A stretch of DNA of 64,000 nucleotides. Origin: Escherichia coli 042 (GTDB lineage Bacteria; Pseudomonadota; Gammaproteobacteria; Enterobacterales; Enterobacteriaceae). Numbering within the stretch: position 1 is the stretch's first letter; each line of letters begins with the position of its first letter. Under the pieces are notes generated by a model. That model had not been told where the DNA came from. It did not search any database and saw only the letters and a list, made by a program, of their open reading frames with translations. Positions 40,620 through 52,500 of the stretch are shown in pieces. The DNA lies in NCBI RefSeq assembly GCF_000027125.1, contig NC_017626.1. One strand, written 5' to 3'. Position numbers and translations under genes: made by a program.

Positions 40620-43015
40620 TTAATACTCTCCCCCATTTGCGCATCAGTTAATTCTTTATGCCAGAGACGAAGATTTCTCAAATGGCCGAATAGATGACGA
40701 GTTCCCGATGTGGCTTGACCTCCAATTCGAATAAAGGTCCGTGTTTTTACGCCCGTCCACTCCGTTTTCATAGTTTTAGTAGCCTCACCGTTAGAAACTA
40801 CTCGTTTAGTACCATCAGAATAAATATTAAAACCACCAATGAATTTTCGAACATCAGCTCGACCAGCAAACACACTAGAAACGTAAGTACTTGTCGACGC
40901 TTTATAAGTTTGCATATAAAGCTGACCGTAATATTTCTCAGTTGTGTTAAAAGCGTATGTAATTGACTCAATAGGTGGCACACCAGAAAAATCAAAAATA
41001 CGCGGTGCTACATTAGGAGGAATATCGCCCCAAATTCTATTAACCTCGACAAGACACGTAAGCGGTCTATTATAGATATTATTTTTAGTTGGAATCGTCA
41101 CCATATCACTGGAGCGGGTTGCGGGTGCAGTTGTCGTAATAACAAAAGATGAAGCACATCCGCCGTTTTCAAATTGTGGTGTTGCAAGGTAAATATAATC
41201 TCCCGCTTCAGTTATACCACCTTTTTTCGGCGCATACTGAATCATTGCGCCAATTAAGGTTTCACCTTCAACAGCTTCTATAGTTGCCTCATAGAAAATC
41301 CACCCTGTAACCGGATCTTTAGTTGCAGTAGCTGCTATTCTATTGGCTGCCCCGCCAGTTTTTTCTATTATCAGAGTTCCGAAAGTTAAATAAGCATCTC
41401 CTAAAAATGTATAAACCGACCCATCGTATTTTTCAAAACGCAAACGACAACGAAGACCATCAGGAGCTTTAACCCTGCATGAAACAGTGCAATACTTATT
41501 ATCGCCACTAACATCAATCCCCCGGGATGCACTGCATCTATGCAGACTAAGTGCAGATGATTGTCCTGTCATATTATCTTTTGTTCGCATTTTGGCATAT
41601 GAAAAACCAAATTCATCAACACCATTATTAGTTTTATCGATATTGCTGGTACTCGTCCATTCAGCGGGAGTATTGGATTTAACAAAATAGTTAGTGCGCT
41701 GTCCTTCAATCAATAAACCTTCTTTTTCAAATCGTGGCTCATCAATTTTAGCAACACTAAATACGCCTGATTTATTGATATATGTGGCAGTTGATGCGCG
41801 TTTAAACTTAACAACCTTGTCGCCAGGCATCGTTATTTCATCATCACCAATAACAATTTTTTTATATGACGGCGAAAAGCCCGTAATCATATCCAGTGAA
41901 TCGTTAAACGGTATCCACACATCAGGCAGTGGCTGTAAGACATATTTATACGGCTCTGCTGCCTGACTTGCATACTCTCTGGCTGCATCTTCGCTTGCTT
42001 TAGCTGCCGTCTGGCTTGCTGCCGATGCTTTCGCTGAGTTCGCAGCCGCTGTTTCGCTCACCTTTGCGTTGGTTTCACTGGTTTTTGCTGCTTTTTGACT
42101 GTTAGCTGATGCAGTTGCAGAAGCAGCCGCCGCGCTTGCAGAACTGGCTGCGGCACTCTCGCTTTGGGCCGCTGCATCCTGACTGCTTTTCGCCGCAGTT
42201 TCACTGGCTTTGGTATTCGTTTCGCTGGTCTTCGCTGCCGCCTGGCTGGACTTTGCGTTAGTTTCACTCGTCTTCGCAGCTTTCTGGCTGTTAGCCGCAG
42301 CAGTTGCTGATCCAGCTGCTGAAGTCGCAGAACCGGCTGCCGCGCTCTCGCTTTGGGCTGCTGCAACCTGGCTGTTTTTTGCTGCAGTTTCACTGGCTTT
42401 AGCATTCGTTTCGCTGGTTTTCGCTGCCGTCTGGCTGGACTTTGCGTTGGTTTCGCTCGTCTTTGCGGCTGTCTCGCTATTTTTCGCGTTGGTTTCTGAT
42501 TTTTTGGCTGCTGTCGCGGAGTTTGCCGATGCAGTCTTTGAGGTCGCTGCCGCCTGTGCACTATTAGCTGCATTCGTTTCTGAGGTTTTCGCCGCGTTCT
42601 TTGATGATGCCGCTGCAGTTTCGGATTTCTTTGCCGCCGCTGCGCTCTGAGAGGCGGCTTCGGCGTTGCGTGCCACTTCTTCCACCATTGCCTCAAAACG
42701 ACGCAATGCCTCCGGCATGACATCATCTTCCGTCATGGCACCGAGAAAATCATTCAGCGTACCTGGTCTGGAGCCTTCATAGACGGTAATGGTCCCGGCA
42801 TGTGAAGGCGGAAAACCTTCAACCAGCAGGGTGACGCTGTACTGGCCATACTCAACATCCATGCTGTAACGTCCGGCTTCATCCGGATTTTCAGAAGCCA
42901 CCGTGTTCACCAGTACCGTGGTGCTGTTACGCTTTGCCTTCAGTTGAATAGTGCAGTTCTGTATTGGTTTTCCCGCACCATCTTTCAGCACACCTGAGAT
43001 TTTTACTGCTGCCAT
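40616..43015 (-). CDS. stf: side tail fiber protein with lambda Stf-like N-terminus, internal Ala/Ser-rich repeats and a distinct C-terminal domain
   Basis: N-terminus (MAAVKISGVLKDGAGKPIQNCTIQLKAKRNSTTV...SMDVEYGQYSV) closely matches lambda Stf as I remember it; the track start is a GTG two codons upstream. Confidence 0.85.
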   Translation of the reverse strand: MAAVKISGVLKDGAGKPIQNCTIQLKAKRNSTTVLVNTVASENPDEAGRYSMDVEYGQYSVTLLVEGFPPSHAGTITVYEGSRPGTLNDFLGAMTEDDVMPEALRRFEAMVEEVARNAEAASQSAAAAKKSETAAASSKNAAKTSETNAANSAQAAATSKTASANSATAAKKSETNAKNSETAAKTSETNAKSSQTAAKTSETNAKASETAAKNSQVAAAQSESAAAGSATSAAGSATAAANSQKAAKTSETNAKSSQAAAKTSETNTKASETAAKSSQDAAAQSESAAASSASAAAASATASANSQKAAKTSETNAKVSETAAANSAKASAASQTAAKASEDAAREYASQAAEPYKYVLQPLPDVWIPFNDSLDMITGFSPSYKKIVIGDDEITMPGDKVVKFKRASTATYINKSGVFSVAKIDEPRFEKEGLLIEGQRTNYFVKSNTPAEWTSTSNIDKTNNGVDEFGFSYAKMRTKDNMTGQSSALSLHRCSASRGIDVSGDNKYCTVSCRVKAPDGLRCRLRFEKYDGSVYTFLGDAYLTFGTLIIEKTGGAANRIAATATKDPVTGWIFYEATIEAVEGETLIGAMIQYAPKKGGITEAGDYIYLATPQFENGGCASSFVITTTAPATRSSDMVTIPTKNNIYNRPLTCLVEVNRIWGDIPPNVAPRIFDFSGVPPIESITYAFNTTEKYYGQLYMQTYKASTSTYVSSVFAGRADVRKFIGGFNIYSDGTKRVVSNGEATKTMKTEWTGVKTRTFIRIGGQATSGTRHLFGHLRNLRLWHKELTDAQMGESIK
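42040..42520. repeat. tandem direct repeats (about 183 bp unit, about 2.6 copies) inside the stf coding sequence
   Basis: Near-identical DNA blocks (for example GCAGTTTCACTGGCTTT...GCTGGACTTTGCGTT) recur at about 183-bp spacing and encode repeated KTSETNAKSSQAAAKTSETNAKASETAAK...SESAAA blocks. Confidence 0.6.
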
Positions 43016-43024
43016 ATCCACTCC

Positions 43025-43053
43025 ACAAAAAAGCCCGCCTGAACCGGCGGGCT
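43025..43053 (-). terminator. rho-independent terminator after lom
   Basis: Minus strand reads GCCCGCCGGTTCAGGCGGGC followed by TTTTTT, between the lom stop and the stf start. Confidence 0.55.
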
Positions 43054-43079
43054 GTCATAACACTGTGTTACCTGGCTAA

Positions 43080-43679
43080 TCAGAACTTATAACCGACACC
43101 CACGATGAAACCGTCAGTGCGCCAGTCGCCACTGCCGGAGCCTTCATAAGCAATATCAATGGCCACGGATTCGGTCGGGTTAAACTGCACGCCAGCTCCC
43201 CACGCCAGAGACGTGTTGCTGTGGCGATCGTCATCACTTCCGGTCAGCACATCGTGCGTTTTCCCCTTGTTGTCAGTTACGCGGAGATAATCCCCGGAGA
43301 ACGTCGAAACACGGCTGTAAGCCACACCTGCCATCGCATAAGCACTGAACCATTCATTCACGCGTACAGATGGCCCCGCCATCATGCTGAACCAGCGGTT
43401 ACGCACTGAATCTTCATGCCAGCGGGTATCGCTGTAATGCGTTTTTTGCTCATCTTTGGCATTGGCATAACTGAATGACGTCACCAGCCCCAGCGTGTCC
43501 GTAAATTCATAACGGTATTTCACGTTAATGCCCTTCAGGTCATCACTGCCTGGCATATCAGTATGGGTCTGAAGATACCCGGCGCTTAGTGTGGACTGAT
43601 GCTCTGCTGCGCTCGCTGGCGTACCAGCGGCAACCAGCCAGACTACTGCGGACAGAATAACAGCACATAATTTACGCAT
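43080..43679 (-). CDS. lom: Ail/Lom-family outer membrane beta-barrel protein
   Basis: 199-aa ORF with signal peptide; C-terminus (AYEGSGSGDWRTDGFIVGVGYKF) matches lambda Lom; lies between J and stf as in lambda. Confidence 0.9.
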   Translation of the reverse strand: MRKLCAVILSAVVWLVAAGTPASAAEHQSTLSAGYLQTHTDMPGSDDLKGINVKYRYEFTDTLGLVTSFSYANAKDEQKTHYSDTRWHEDSVRNRWFSMMAGPSVRVNEWFSAYAMAGVAYSRVSTFSGDYLRVTDNKGKTHDVLTGSDDDRHSNTSLAWGAGVQFNPTESVAIDIAYEGSGSGDWRTDGFIVGVGYKF

Positions 43680-43746
43680 AATTACCTCTCGCTTTTCTGC
43701 AATAAAAAAGGCACCATTTCTGGTGCCCGTATCTGGGTTATAAAAT

Positions 43747-46700
43747 TCAGCTAATCGTGATGCCTGCAGTGGCTTTCTTCATCACAACAACCAGCAAATC
43801 GCTGATACTTGCTGTGGGATACCAGCCATTTACCAGCCATGCTGACACCGAAAACTCCAGTGTCATGTGACCGTGACCGGCAGGCATATCAATAACGCCA
43901 CTGTAAATCAGCGTATTATCCAGCGCGGTACGGTTATAAATTTCAGCACCGTTTTTCCGCACTATCAGACGGCATGAGGAGTAAATATCAGTATGCTCTC
44001 TCTCATGCTTAGCGCCACTGAATGCCACAGCTGGAATAACAATTTGCCGGTCAAACGGCTGATCGTCATAAACCCTGACGGTAATGGTCCCTGATGGCCA
44101 CCGCTCCGGTGCCCGGGAGTCACGGGGGAAAGCTTTGCCCACTGTTTTAACGAGATCGCCTTCAATCTGGTTCGCGGACAGTTTTCCCAGAACCCGGCAG
44201 TTCTCGTTAATCGTGACGTTGTTGAGCGTCCCGGAGTTCGCATTCACGTTACCGCTGATATCGGCATTTTTCGCCGTCAGCCGCCCGTCCGGTGTCAGGG
44301 AAAATGCCGGAGGATTACCGCCGCTGGTAATGGTGGGGGCCGTCAGGCGCTTCAGGAACACGTCGTTCATGAATATCTGGTTGCCCTGCGCCACAAACAT
44401 CGGCGTTTCATTCCCGTTTGCCGGGTCAATAAACGCGATACGGTTAGCGGCAACCAGGAACTGGCTCAGTTTGCCTTCCTCCGTATCCTCCATGCTGAGG
44501 CCAAGCCCCGCGACATAATGTTTGCCGTCTTTGGTCTGCTCAATTTTGACGCCCCACATGGCATTCCATTTATCGTTGGCGTCCTTCCACTCTTTCGAAA
44601 ACTCCTCCAGTTTGCTGGCGTTATCTTCCGTCAGCTCAAAGTTTTCCAGCAGTTCCTTGCCGAGATGCGTTTTATTGATCAACCCTTTATAAAAATTCAG
44701 ATAACCTTCCGCATCATCGCTCGCCCGACCAACGGCCTCCACAAATGCCGATTTACCAACGGTGTTCACGCTGCGGATATAAAAGTAATAATCATAACCC
44801 GGCTTAATATTGCTACTGGCGGCTATCCAGTACAGCGCCGTACCAAGATAACGCGCGCTGGTTTCAACCTGCCTGATATCGATAATCCGCTTTTCCGAGA
44901 ACCAGAACTCAAACTGCACCGTCGGGTCATATACAGCCAGTTTCGGGACCGCTGTTATCTGAAAATACCCTGGTATCAGTTCAATAGTGACAGGCGCTGC
45001 CGGTGCCGCAATCCGGAACGATACCGATGCCGGATCGCCCTGCTGCCCCCACGCATTTACCGCCCGGACCGTCAGCGTGTAACGCCCCAGCGCCAGTTGC
45101 CTGAAGCGGTATGTGGTTTCCGTCGTCCGGGCCATGCTGACCAGCCGCTCACTGCCGTCGTCCGCTGCCACGGTAAGGCGAAGCAGGAAGCTCACGCCCT
45201 TCACCACCTTCGGCGTGTCCCATCGCGCCAGCACCTGATATTCCCCGCTGTCTGCGGTGACTTCGGCGGTCAGGTGCTGCACCGCTGGCGGCGTGACACC
45301 ATTCACCGTGCCGCTCTGGTCGCCGTCAAAGTGCGCCCCGTTATCCACGATGGCTTCTTTTTCCGGTACATGCTGCACGGCGGTGATGGCATACGTACCG
45401 TCATCGTTCTCCCGGATACTCACACAGCGGAACAGGCGCTGGCGCAGCGTCGGCAGCTTCAGCCCCCATACGCTGTATTCAGCAACACCGTCAGGAACAC
45501 GGCTCACTTTTACCTTCACGCCGTCGGTGACGGACTGAACCTCCACGCTGACCGGATTGCCACTTCCGTCAACCAGGCTTATCAGCGTGGTACCGGAGGA
45601 TGGCAGCGTGATTTCACGGTCGAGCGTCAGCGTCCGGGTCTGGCTGTTCACCGCCAGCACACGACCACCGGTGCTGATACCGGCATAGTCATCATCACAG
45701 ATTTCAATGACATCGCCCGGTACATGGCGAAGCCCTTCTGCGCCCACGCTGAAGTCCACGGTCTGCGTTTCCAGCAGTTCCGTTTTAATCAGCCACAGCC
45801 CGGCGCGGTGTGCCTGCCCCCGGCTGGTACAGCCAAAGGCATCCATCTTCGTGACGTTACGACCGTAACGGGCAATGGCCTGCGTATCTTCAACAAGCTC
45901 TGTCGCCGTCTCCCAGCCGTTGTTCGGGTCAATCCAGTTCACCTCAACGGCATTATGGCGGTCCTTCAGGGCGCTGAAGCTGTAGCGGAACGGCGCGCCA
46001 TCATCCGGCATCACCACATTACTGCGGTTATAGGTCCACACCTTATCTGATGGTCGGTCCTGCACGAACGTCAGCGTCTGCCCGTTCCATACCGGCATAC
46101 AGCGCATCGCCGAGCAGAAATCACTGAGAACATCCCACGCCTTACGCTGTGTGGTCAGCCAGGCATTACAGGTGATGCGCGGCTCCGTGCCACCAAAGCC
46201 ATCCGGCACCGACTGGTCGCAATTCTGGCCGATGACATACAGCGCCCATTTGTCCACATCCGCCGCACCGAGACGCTTCCCCATGCCGTAGCGCGGATGG
46301 GTCAGCATATCCCACAGACACCAGGCCATGTTGTTGCTGTATGCTGGCTTAAACGTTCCGTCCCAGATACCGCTGTATTGCCGCGTCTGCGGGTTATAGT
46401 TCGACGGCACCTGCAGAATGCGCCCGCGAAGATGATAATTACGGCTCACCTGCTGACTGCCGAACTGTTCCGAGTCCACCTGCACGCCGACCAGTGCCGT
46501 GTTCGGGTAGCACTGTTTCACATCGATGATTTCGGTGTATGACGACCAGAGCGTTTTGTTCTGCAGCTGGTCTGTGGTGCTGTCCGGCGTCATCCTGCGC
46601 ATCCGGATATTAAACGGGCGCGGCGGCAGGTTACCCACCACCACCGAGGCCAGATACTGCGAGGTGGTTTTGCCCTTAATGGTGATGTCTTTTTCCGTCA

Positions 46701-47142
46701 CCCAGCCACCGTTACGCTGTATCTGAACCAGCAGGCGGACTTCCGACGGATTCCTGTCCCCCTTTGAGGTGGTTTCCACCAGTGTCTGCACGCCGAAAGT
46801 AAAACGCAGACGGTCAATGTTTGCCGACGTGATGGTCCGGGTGATCGGCGTGTCATATTTCACTTCTGTACCGAGCACCGTCTCGGAGCCGGAGGATTCA
46901 AACCCCTCCGGCGGAGTCTGCTCCTGCTCACCTGCCCGGAACACCACCGTGACGCCGGAGATGTTGGTATTCCCCTCAGTGTCCAGCACTGGCGTACTGT
47001 TCAGCAGCACGCTTTTTAATCCATCCACCGGACCGTCAATCGGCCCTTCGCTGATGGCATCGATCACACTCAGCAACTGCGTGGACTTCAGGTTGTCCTT
47101 CGCTTCGCGCGGGGTATGCCCCTTACTGCTGCCTTTACCCAT
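43747..47142 (-). CDS. J: tail tip host-specificity protein (central tail fiber)
   Basis: 1131-aa ORF, the size of lambda J, in the lambda position after I. Confidence 0.93.
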   Translation of the reverse strand: MGKGSSKGHTPREAKDNLKSTQLLSVIDAISEGPIDGPVDGLKSVLLNSTPVLDTEGNTNISGVTVVFRAGEQEQTPPEGFESSGSETVLGTEVKYDTPITRTITSANIDRLRFTFGVQTLVETTSKGDRNPSEVRLLVQIQRNGGWVTEKDITIKGKTTSQYLASVVVGNLPPRPFNIRMRRMTPDSTTDQLQNKTLWSSYTEIIDVKQCYPNTALVGVQVDSEQFGSQQVSRNYHLRGRILQVPSNYNPQTRQYSGIWDGTFKPAYSNNMAWCLWDMLTHPRYGMGKRLGAADVDKWALYVIGQNCDQSVPDGFGGTEPRITCNAWLTTQRKAWDVLSDFCSAMRCMPVWNGQTLTFVQDRPSDKVWTYNRSNVVMPDDGAPFRYSFSALKDRHNAVEVNWIDPNNGWETATELVEDTQAIARYGRNVTKMDAFGCTSRGQAHRAGLWLIKTELLETQTVDFSVGAEGLRHVPGDVIEICDDDYAGISTGGRVLAVNSQTRTLTLDREITLPSSGTTLISLVDGSGNPVSVEVQSVTDGVKVKVSRVPDGVAEYSVWGLKLPTLRQRLFRCVSIRENDDGTYAITAVQHVPEKEAIVDNGAHFDGDQSGTVNGVTPPAVQHLTAEVTADSGEYQVLARWDTPKVVKGVSFLLRLTVAADDGSERLVSMARTTETTYRFRQLALGRYTLTVRAVNAWGQQGDPASVSFRIAAPAAPVTIELIPGYFQITAVPKLAVYDPTVQFEFWFSEKRIIDIRQVETSARYLGTALYWIAASSNIKPGYDYYFYIRSVNTVGKSAFVEAVGRASDDAEGYLNFYKGLINKTHLGKELLENFELTEDNASKLEEFSKEWKDANDKWNAMWGVKIEQTKDGKHYVAGLGLSMEDTEEGKLSQFLVAANRIAFIDPANGNETPMFVAQGNQIFMNDVFLKRLTAPTITSGGNPPAFSLTPDGRLTAKNADISGNVNANSGTLNNVTINENCRVLGKLSANQIEGDLVKTVGKAFPRDSRAPERWPSGTITVRVYDDQPFDRQIVIPAVAFSGAKHEREHTDIYSSCRLIVRKNGAEIYNRTALDNTLIYSGVIDMPAGHGHMTLEFSVSAWLVNGWYPTASISDLLVVVMKKATAGITIS

Positions 47143-47202
47143 TCTTCACGCTCCATAAACGACAAAACCGCCCGCAGGCGGTTTCACATAAAACATTTTT
47201 CA

Positions 47203-47850
47203 TCAGCGACCAATCACCACAACCTGACCACCATCACCTTCATCTGCCGTGCTGATCTCCTGAGATACCACCCGCGACCCCACACGCATTTCACCGTACA
47301 GAACGGGCAGAACATTGCCCTGGGCAACCATGTTATCCAGTGACGAGAAATACGTGTTCTGTTTGCCGTTATCTGTACTGGCTGCCGTGGGCGTCCGGGC
47401 TTTCGGTGCCAGCATCTGCGCCACACCACCCAGGATCATACTGGCCCCTGCTGCATACATACCCGATACAGCCGCGGCCCCCAGCCAGCCCACAGGGTTC
47501 CACCATGCCACCGCAATCAGCGCCGCACCCAGCACCGCCTGAAACACACCGCCACTTTTGGCCCCCTCCAGACGCGGAACGATGTGGATCACGGCACCAT
47601 TTGCCAGCGGCTCATTAAGACGGGCAGATAATTCGGTTTCACCTGCATCACGCCCGGCAATCCGTACCTGATACCAGCCGTCACTCAGTTTCTGACGAAA
47701 CGCCGGGATCTGCATGGCCAGCGCCCGGATGGCTTCGGCCCCCGTTTTCACACGAAGGTCGATGCGGCGGCCAAATCGTTGTAAATCCCCGTAAAGGCAG
47801 ATGCGTACCATGCCCGGTGACGCCAGAGGGAGTGTGTGCGTCGCTGCCAT
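47203..47850 (-). CDS. I: tail tip assembly protein I
   Basis: 215-aa ORF closely matching lambda I (MAATHTLPLASPGM...GDGGQVVVIGR). Confidence 0.9.
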   Translation of the reverse strand: MAATHTLPLASPGMVRICLYGDLQRFGRRIDLRVKTGAEAIRALAMQIPAFRQKLSDGWYQVRIAGRDAGETELSARLNEPLANGAVIHIVPRLEGAKSGGVFQAVLGAALIAVAWWNPVGWLGAAAVSGMYAAGASMILGGVAQMLAPKARTPTAASTDNGKQNTYFSSLDNMVAQGNVLPVLYGEMRVGSRVVSQEISTADEGDGGQVVVIGR

Positions 47851-48491
47851 TTGTCGGTATACCTCTCTCGTTTGCTCAGTTGTTCAGGAATATGGTGCAG
47901 CAGCTCGCCGTCGCCGCAGTAAATGGCGGCATGATTCGGCACCGATGAACCAAAACAGCACAGCAGCACATCGCCCGGCTGCGCCTCTGTCAGTGCGACA
48001 CGGTAAAAACCAGTCGCCTCCATATTGTCAAGATAGAGATTCTGGCCGTTACGCCACCAGTCATCCCCGCGATAAAAATCCGGCATCTCAATTTCCGCCA
48101 GATGGTATGCATCCCGGAACAGCGTGTAACAGTCCGTCACCCCGTGCTCAAAGCGCCGCCCGGTAAGATGTGGCACACAGCGGAACTTGTGAATCGCCCC
48201 CCGGCAGACCAGCCACCACGGCAAATCACTCTGCACCTGCAGCCGCCTGTCGACCTCACTCAGCCAGGGCAGACCACCGGGGTGGCTGTGGACCAGTGCC
48301 ACAACCTCCCCCTGCATTTGTGCACGCAGCCAGTCCTCCGGCGACATCCGGAAATACGCCTCCGGCTCACCGGAGATATTCACGCAGGGAAAATATCTGT
48401 CCCCCTCCGGCGTTCTCACCACGAAGCCGCACGACTCCGCTGGCGCACATCGCCGGGCGTGCGCCAGAATCGCTGATTCTGTCTCTGTCAT
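47748..48491 (-). CDS. K: tail tip assembly protein K (MPN plus NlpC/P60-like domains)
   Basis: Start taken at MTETESAILAHARRCAPAESCGFVV; lambda K-like sequence, overlapping gene I. Confidence 0.9.
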   Translation of the reverse strand: MTETESAILAHARRCAPAESCGFVVRTPEGDRYFPCVNISGEPEAYFRMSPEDWLRAQMQGEVVALVHSHPGGLPWLSEVDRRLQVQSDLPWWLVCRGAIHKFRCVPHLTGRRFEHGVTDCYTLFRDAYHLAEIEMPDFYRGDDWWRNGQNLYLDNMEATGFYRVALTEAQPGDVLLCCFGSSVPNHAAIYCGDGELLHHIPEQLSKRERYTDKWQRRTHSLWRHRAWYASAFTGIYNDLAAASTFV

Positions 48492-48495
48492 GGGT

Positions 48496-49194
48496 TTACT
48501 GCGAAAGTTTGTTAATGGAAAGGTAGCCGCCAAAATTGCCGACGTTATTGCGGAACTTGCAACCACTCAGGCATTTGCTGCACTTATCCTTCGTGATATC
48601 GGACGTTGGCTGGTCATATTCATCCGCGACCGCCGGGCCATCATAACCGCACTCATCGCCGCGGTAGATCCAGGTGCAGGTGTTGGCCAGCATGATGCGC
48701 CCCGGAAAAACAGCGCCATCCGTTTCCGTCGGTGTGGACAGCACAAAAGAGGCACTGACCGCGCTCAGTTCGCTGCACTGTTCGATGCGCCAGCGGCTGA
48801 TCACCTCCTGCTCCGGATCGGCGTCACTGTTTCCGTTGACGAAGTTCACCGCATCCAGAAAACGGGCGTAAACCTTACGCCGGACCACCGTTCCGCCGAC
48901 CAGACTCTGCAGATCTTCCGCCATCCCGGTGACCATGCCGTACAGGTTAGAGACTTTAAGCGTTGGCCTTGCACTGGCTCCTTTGCCGTTCATCTCAAAT
49001 CCGCTTCCCTGAATGGGATAAGCCTGATACTGCCGCCCCTGCCAGGTGACTGGTTCACCCTTTTCGTTCTGCTCATTACAGAAGAAATAACGATCTCCGC
49101 CGACCTCTGTCAGATCAATTTCCCAGAGCACGACCAGCGCGGATTGCTCCGTTTTAGTGCACTCATTGAGTGTTTCCTGCTGTATATCCTGCAT
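48496..49194 (-). CDS. L: tail tip protein L
   Basis: 232-aa ORF of lambda L size and sequence type (MQDIQQETLNECTK...). Confidence 0.9.
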   Translation of the reverse strand: MQDIQQETLNECTKTEQSALVVLWEIDLTEVGGDRYFFCNEQNEKGEPVTWQGRQYQAYPIQGSGFEMNGKGASARPTLKVSNLYGMVTGMAEDLQSLVGGTVVRRKVYARFLDAVNFVNGNSDADPEQEVISRWRIEQCSELSAVSASFVLSTPTETDGAVFPGRIMLANTCTWIYRGDECGYDGPAVADEYDQPTSDITKDKCSKCLSGCKFRNNVGNFGGYLSINKLSQ

Positions 49195-49580
49195 CAGTGA
49201 GTGACCTCTTCAAAGGTACAGTTAAAATCGGTATACATGGCATTATCCGAAATGCTCCACTCCCTGCAGACAACCCGGACAGTCCTGTTGTGTTTTGGCG
49301 GACGCCACAAAAAAGCACGAATCCCGGCATGACGGGATAAAAAACTGTCCAGCGCGGCACGGGAATATTCATCTGTGACACGAAATACCGGTTTAAACGT
49401 TTTCAGATCCGCATTCAGACCACCAGCCCGTCGCTGTTCATATCCGTCACCAAACTTTACCGTAATAACTGATGGCTTTCGTGTCGTCTCCATCCCCTCA
49501 CGGGGGATCCAGTTAAAAACTTCAGGCTCAGGCACTGTACAATCCTCCATCCCGACGCGATGACTGCATAATTGACACAA
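49194..49580 (-). CDS. M: minor tail protein M
   Basis: Lambda M-like (VKFGDGYEQRRAGGLNADLKT); the true start is probably internal to the track ORF. Confidence 0.8.
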   Translation of the reverse strand: MCQLCSHRVGMEDCTVPEPEVFNWIPREGMETTRKPSVITVKFGDGYEQRRAGGLNADLKTFKPVFRVTDEYSRAALDSFLSRHAGIRAFLWRPPKHNRTVRVVCREWSISDNAMYTDFNCTFEEVTH

Positions 49581-52500
49581 CCCTGCTGTCGATCAGATCC
49601 ACCAGTCCCCTGGCTGAGCGCGCATCTATCTCGCCATTGCTCCCTTGATTCTGAATGCTGATGTGATACACGGGAGAATAAACAAATCCACCGCCACCAT
49701 TCACATTTCCAATGGCCCTGACCCCAAGAGAGCCGTCCGCTGCCCGTGTCAGTGGCATGATTGCTTCAGGCCCGGCCTCGCCCATCAACCCGGCACCTTT
49801 CGCAAAAGCAAAATACGTCGGTGTATCCACAATAGTGTTACTGTAAGCACTCAGATTTGCCGATGTGTAAACACCACCTTTTGCGTTTGCCACTGCCCCC
49901 GAAATCCATCCGCCGACCGTACCAAGCCACCCTCCGGCACCGGAGAGTGATTTCAGTCCGTTAACAATGGCTGCATTCATCAGAATTTTTGAAACTTCCC
50001 GGAGAACTGAACTCCCCCAGTTCCTCCAGTCCACAACATTCCCGGCCAGTGCATCGGAAATATTTGATACCAGCCCGTCCATCGTGGAAACGACAGCATC
50101 TGCCGCCTGTGAAGCATAATCGGTGGCACTGTCTGCCCAGTTGGTCAGTCCCTCCTGGAGTCCGGCATTCCAGTTATTACGTAAAGCATCGGCCTTTGCA
50201 TAATAATCCTGCTGATCACTGAGACGCTCTTCCAGATATTTTTTATTCAGTTCTTTCTCCTGTTTCCACAGGGCTTCTTCAATTTCTCCGGCCTGATACT
50301 GTCTCAGCAGCTCGTTATTTTTCTGCTCAAACGCCTGCCGGATACTCCACATTTCCTGGAGTCGTTCACGCATCCGTGAGCCTTCACCATATCCCAGCAA
50401 CTGCGCTTCGTCAGATGCCCGGGCACTGGCATTACTGTCCGCCAGACTGCTCTCATACGCAGCAAGCTGCTCACGAATCTTTTTCTGGTCGATGAGTGCT
50501 GCATTCTGCAAAAGCGTTTTTTTCTGCGCTTCTGACAGGGTTGATAATTCGCCCTGACTGACCTGATATTTCATCTTAGCCAGTTCAGTATTCTGCCCTG
50601 CCAGTGCTATTTGTTCTTTTTGCTGTTTAATCAGCCGTTTATAAATATCTTCTGTTTTTTCCGCTTCGGTCTTTTTATGCGTTTTGGGTTTATTTGCCTG
50701 GTTATTTCGCCAGGCATCCAGTGAGTTATTGATATAATTCTGCCTGGCTGTCTGATACGCCTCTCCCACAAAGCCGAGATCATCCGCAGCATAACCCAGG
50801 CGGGCACGCTCACGGGCTTCCCCCTTCAGGCGGGACAGAGCCAGTTCGCGCTCGCTGTTATTCAGTGCAGTCTGCTGTTTATCATCCAGGGTTGCCTGTG
50901 GTAGCCGTAACGGTACATTCACCAGCCCCTGTCGCTGCTGAAGTAATTCATTACCGAGCCCGAGAAGGCGATTAAACTCGGTATGCTGCCCATTCATGAT
51001 CAACAGGGACTGATACGCTTTGTTTTGTTCCGCGGCCTGTTGACGGATCAACGCCACCCGTCGCTCCTCCAGCCCGGCAAGCACATCCTGAATGGATTGC
51101 GCTTTGCCCTGCATTTGTGTGAGACGGGACTGTTCAACTGCCAGTTGATTTGTTGCTTCTGCAAGCCCTTCTGTGACAGTTTTTACCGACGTCATGTGGT
51201 TAATCATAAAACCGTTATCGGTTGTCCAGCCCGGGTTTGCCAGCACATACTGATAGCCAGCAATTTTTTCCTGTAAGGATTTAATCTTACTTTTCTGCTC
51301 GTCAATTAACCTGTTTTGCTCATCAAGTGCCTGCCGCGTCTTTTCCTCATTATCTGACGCTTCAGGAAGCGACATTGCCGACGTTTTCTGGCGAATTTCG
51401 TCGATTGTTGCGGCATACTGGCGTGCAGATTCTCTGGCCTGCTCCTGATTCTGATACATCGTGTACCAGGCCGTCGCCCCCAGCATGACGAGTCCCGGCA
51501 CACCACCAACCAACCCCAGCGCACCACTTAACAGACGACTCCCCACTGACGTGACAGTATTCAGCGTTGTCTGTGCCGCTGTTCTGGCCGCAATATTACG
51601 GGTAAGTGACGCCTGGGCAGCTGTCAGCTTCGCTTCTGCTGCGGCCTGCCTTTCGGTACCGCGAGCAGCAACAACCGCCTGTTGCGCACGATAAACCGCC
51701 GCACGCGCCCTGGCGGTTGCTATCTGTGTCCCCCGAAGTTGCGCTTCAGCAAGAGCCACTTCGTTTCTGGCTGCAGTAATTAATCCGGCAGTTGCAGATC
51801 CAGCAGACGACGCCATATTGCCAAAATATCGGGCTACCCCGACGGCAACCAGAGCACCGGCAGCGGTTGCCACGGTGTCAATATTGCCTGCAATACCATT
51901 CAGCACACCGGAGAGCGTCTTCGTCACTCCGCTTGCCTCGTTCGCACCACCAACCCAGGCCATAAAGGCGTTTTCAACTTTGGTTGCAGAGGATGAAACC
52001 GTATCAGGCATTGCCGCATATTCATCACGTAATGCCCCAAGCTGACTAATCAGTGCAGGAACAACCTTATCGGCGGTCAACTTTCCGTTATCCGCCATGG
52101 CCTTCAGATCCTTACGGGCAACTCCCATTCCCGCAGCCAGAGCACGAATAACACGATCGCCGTTCTCATTCACCGAGTTAAACTCTTCACCGCGCAGCAC
52201 TCCCTGCGCCAGAGCCTGACTGAACTGCGTGATCACCGAACTGGCTTCTGCTGTACTGGCACCGGATAATTTCAGGCCCGTGGAGATCGCCTCGGTGACT
52301 TTCAGTACCTCCTCAGAACTGTAACCATACTCCCGCATGGAAGCTGCAGAGCGGGCAAAAAGGCTGGCGTTATCAGAAAAAGCCGTCCCCGTTCTCTGGC
52401 TGATCGCCATTAATTCACGCTGTGATGACTGAAAATCATCACTGGACTGTGAGGCCTGCTTCAGACGGGCATTTACTGAATTCCACTCATCGGCGAGAGA

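Noticed and set aside
42058-42726. 222-aa Arg-rich minus-strand ORF and overlapping 146-aa plus-strand ORF (42210..42650)
   Set aside because: Both are alternative frames through the Ala/Ser-rich tandem repeats of stf; the repetitive low-complexity translations are artefacts of the repeat.
44518-46050. 510-aa plus-strand ORF
   Set aside because: Lies entirely antisense within the conserved J host-specificity gene; the translation is Arg/Pro-rich and low-complexity, typical of a spurious antisense frame in GC-rich coding DNA.
48490-49200. 236-aa plus-strand ORF
   Set aside because: Antisense to the lambda L-like gene, which has a convincing homology-supported frame.
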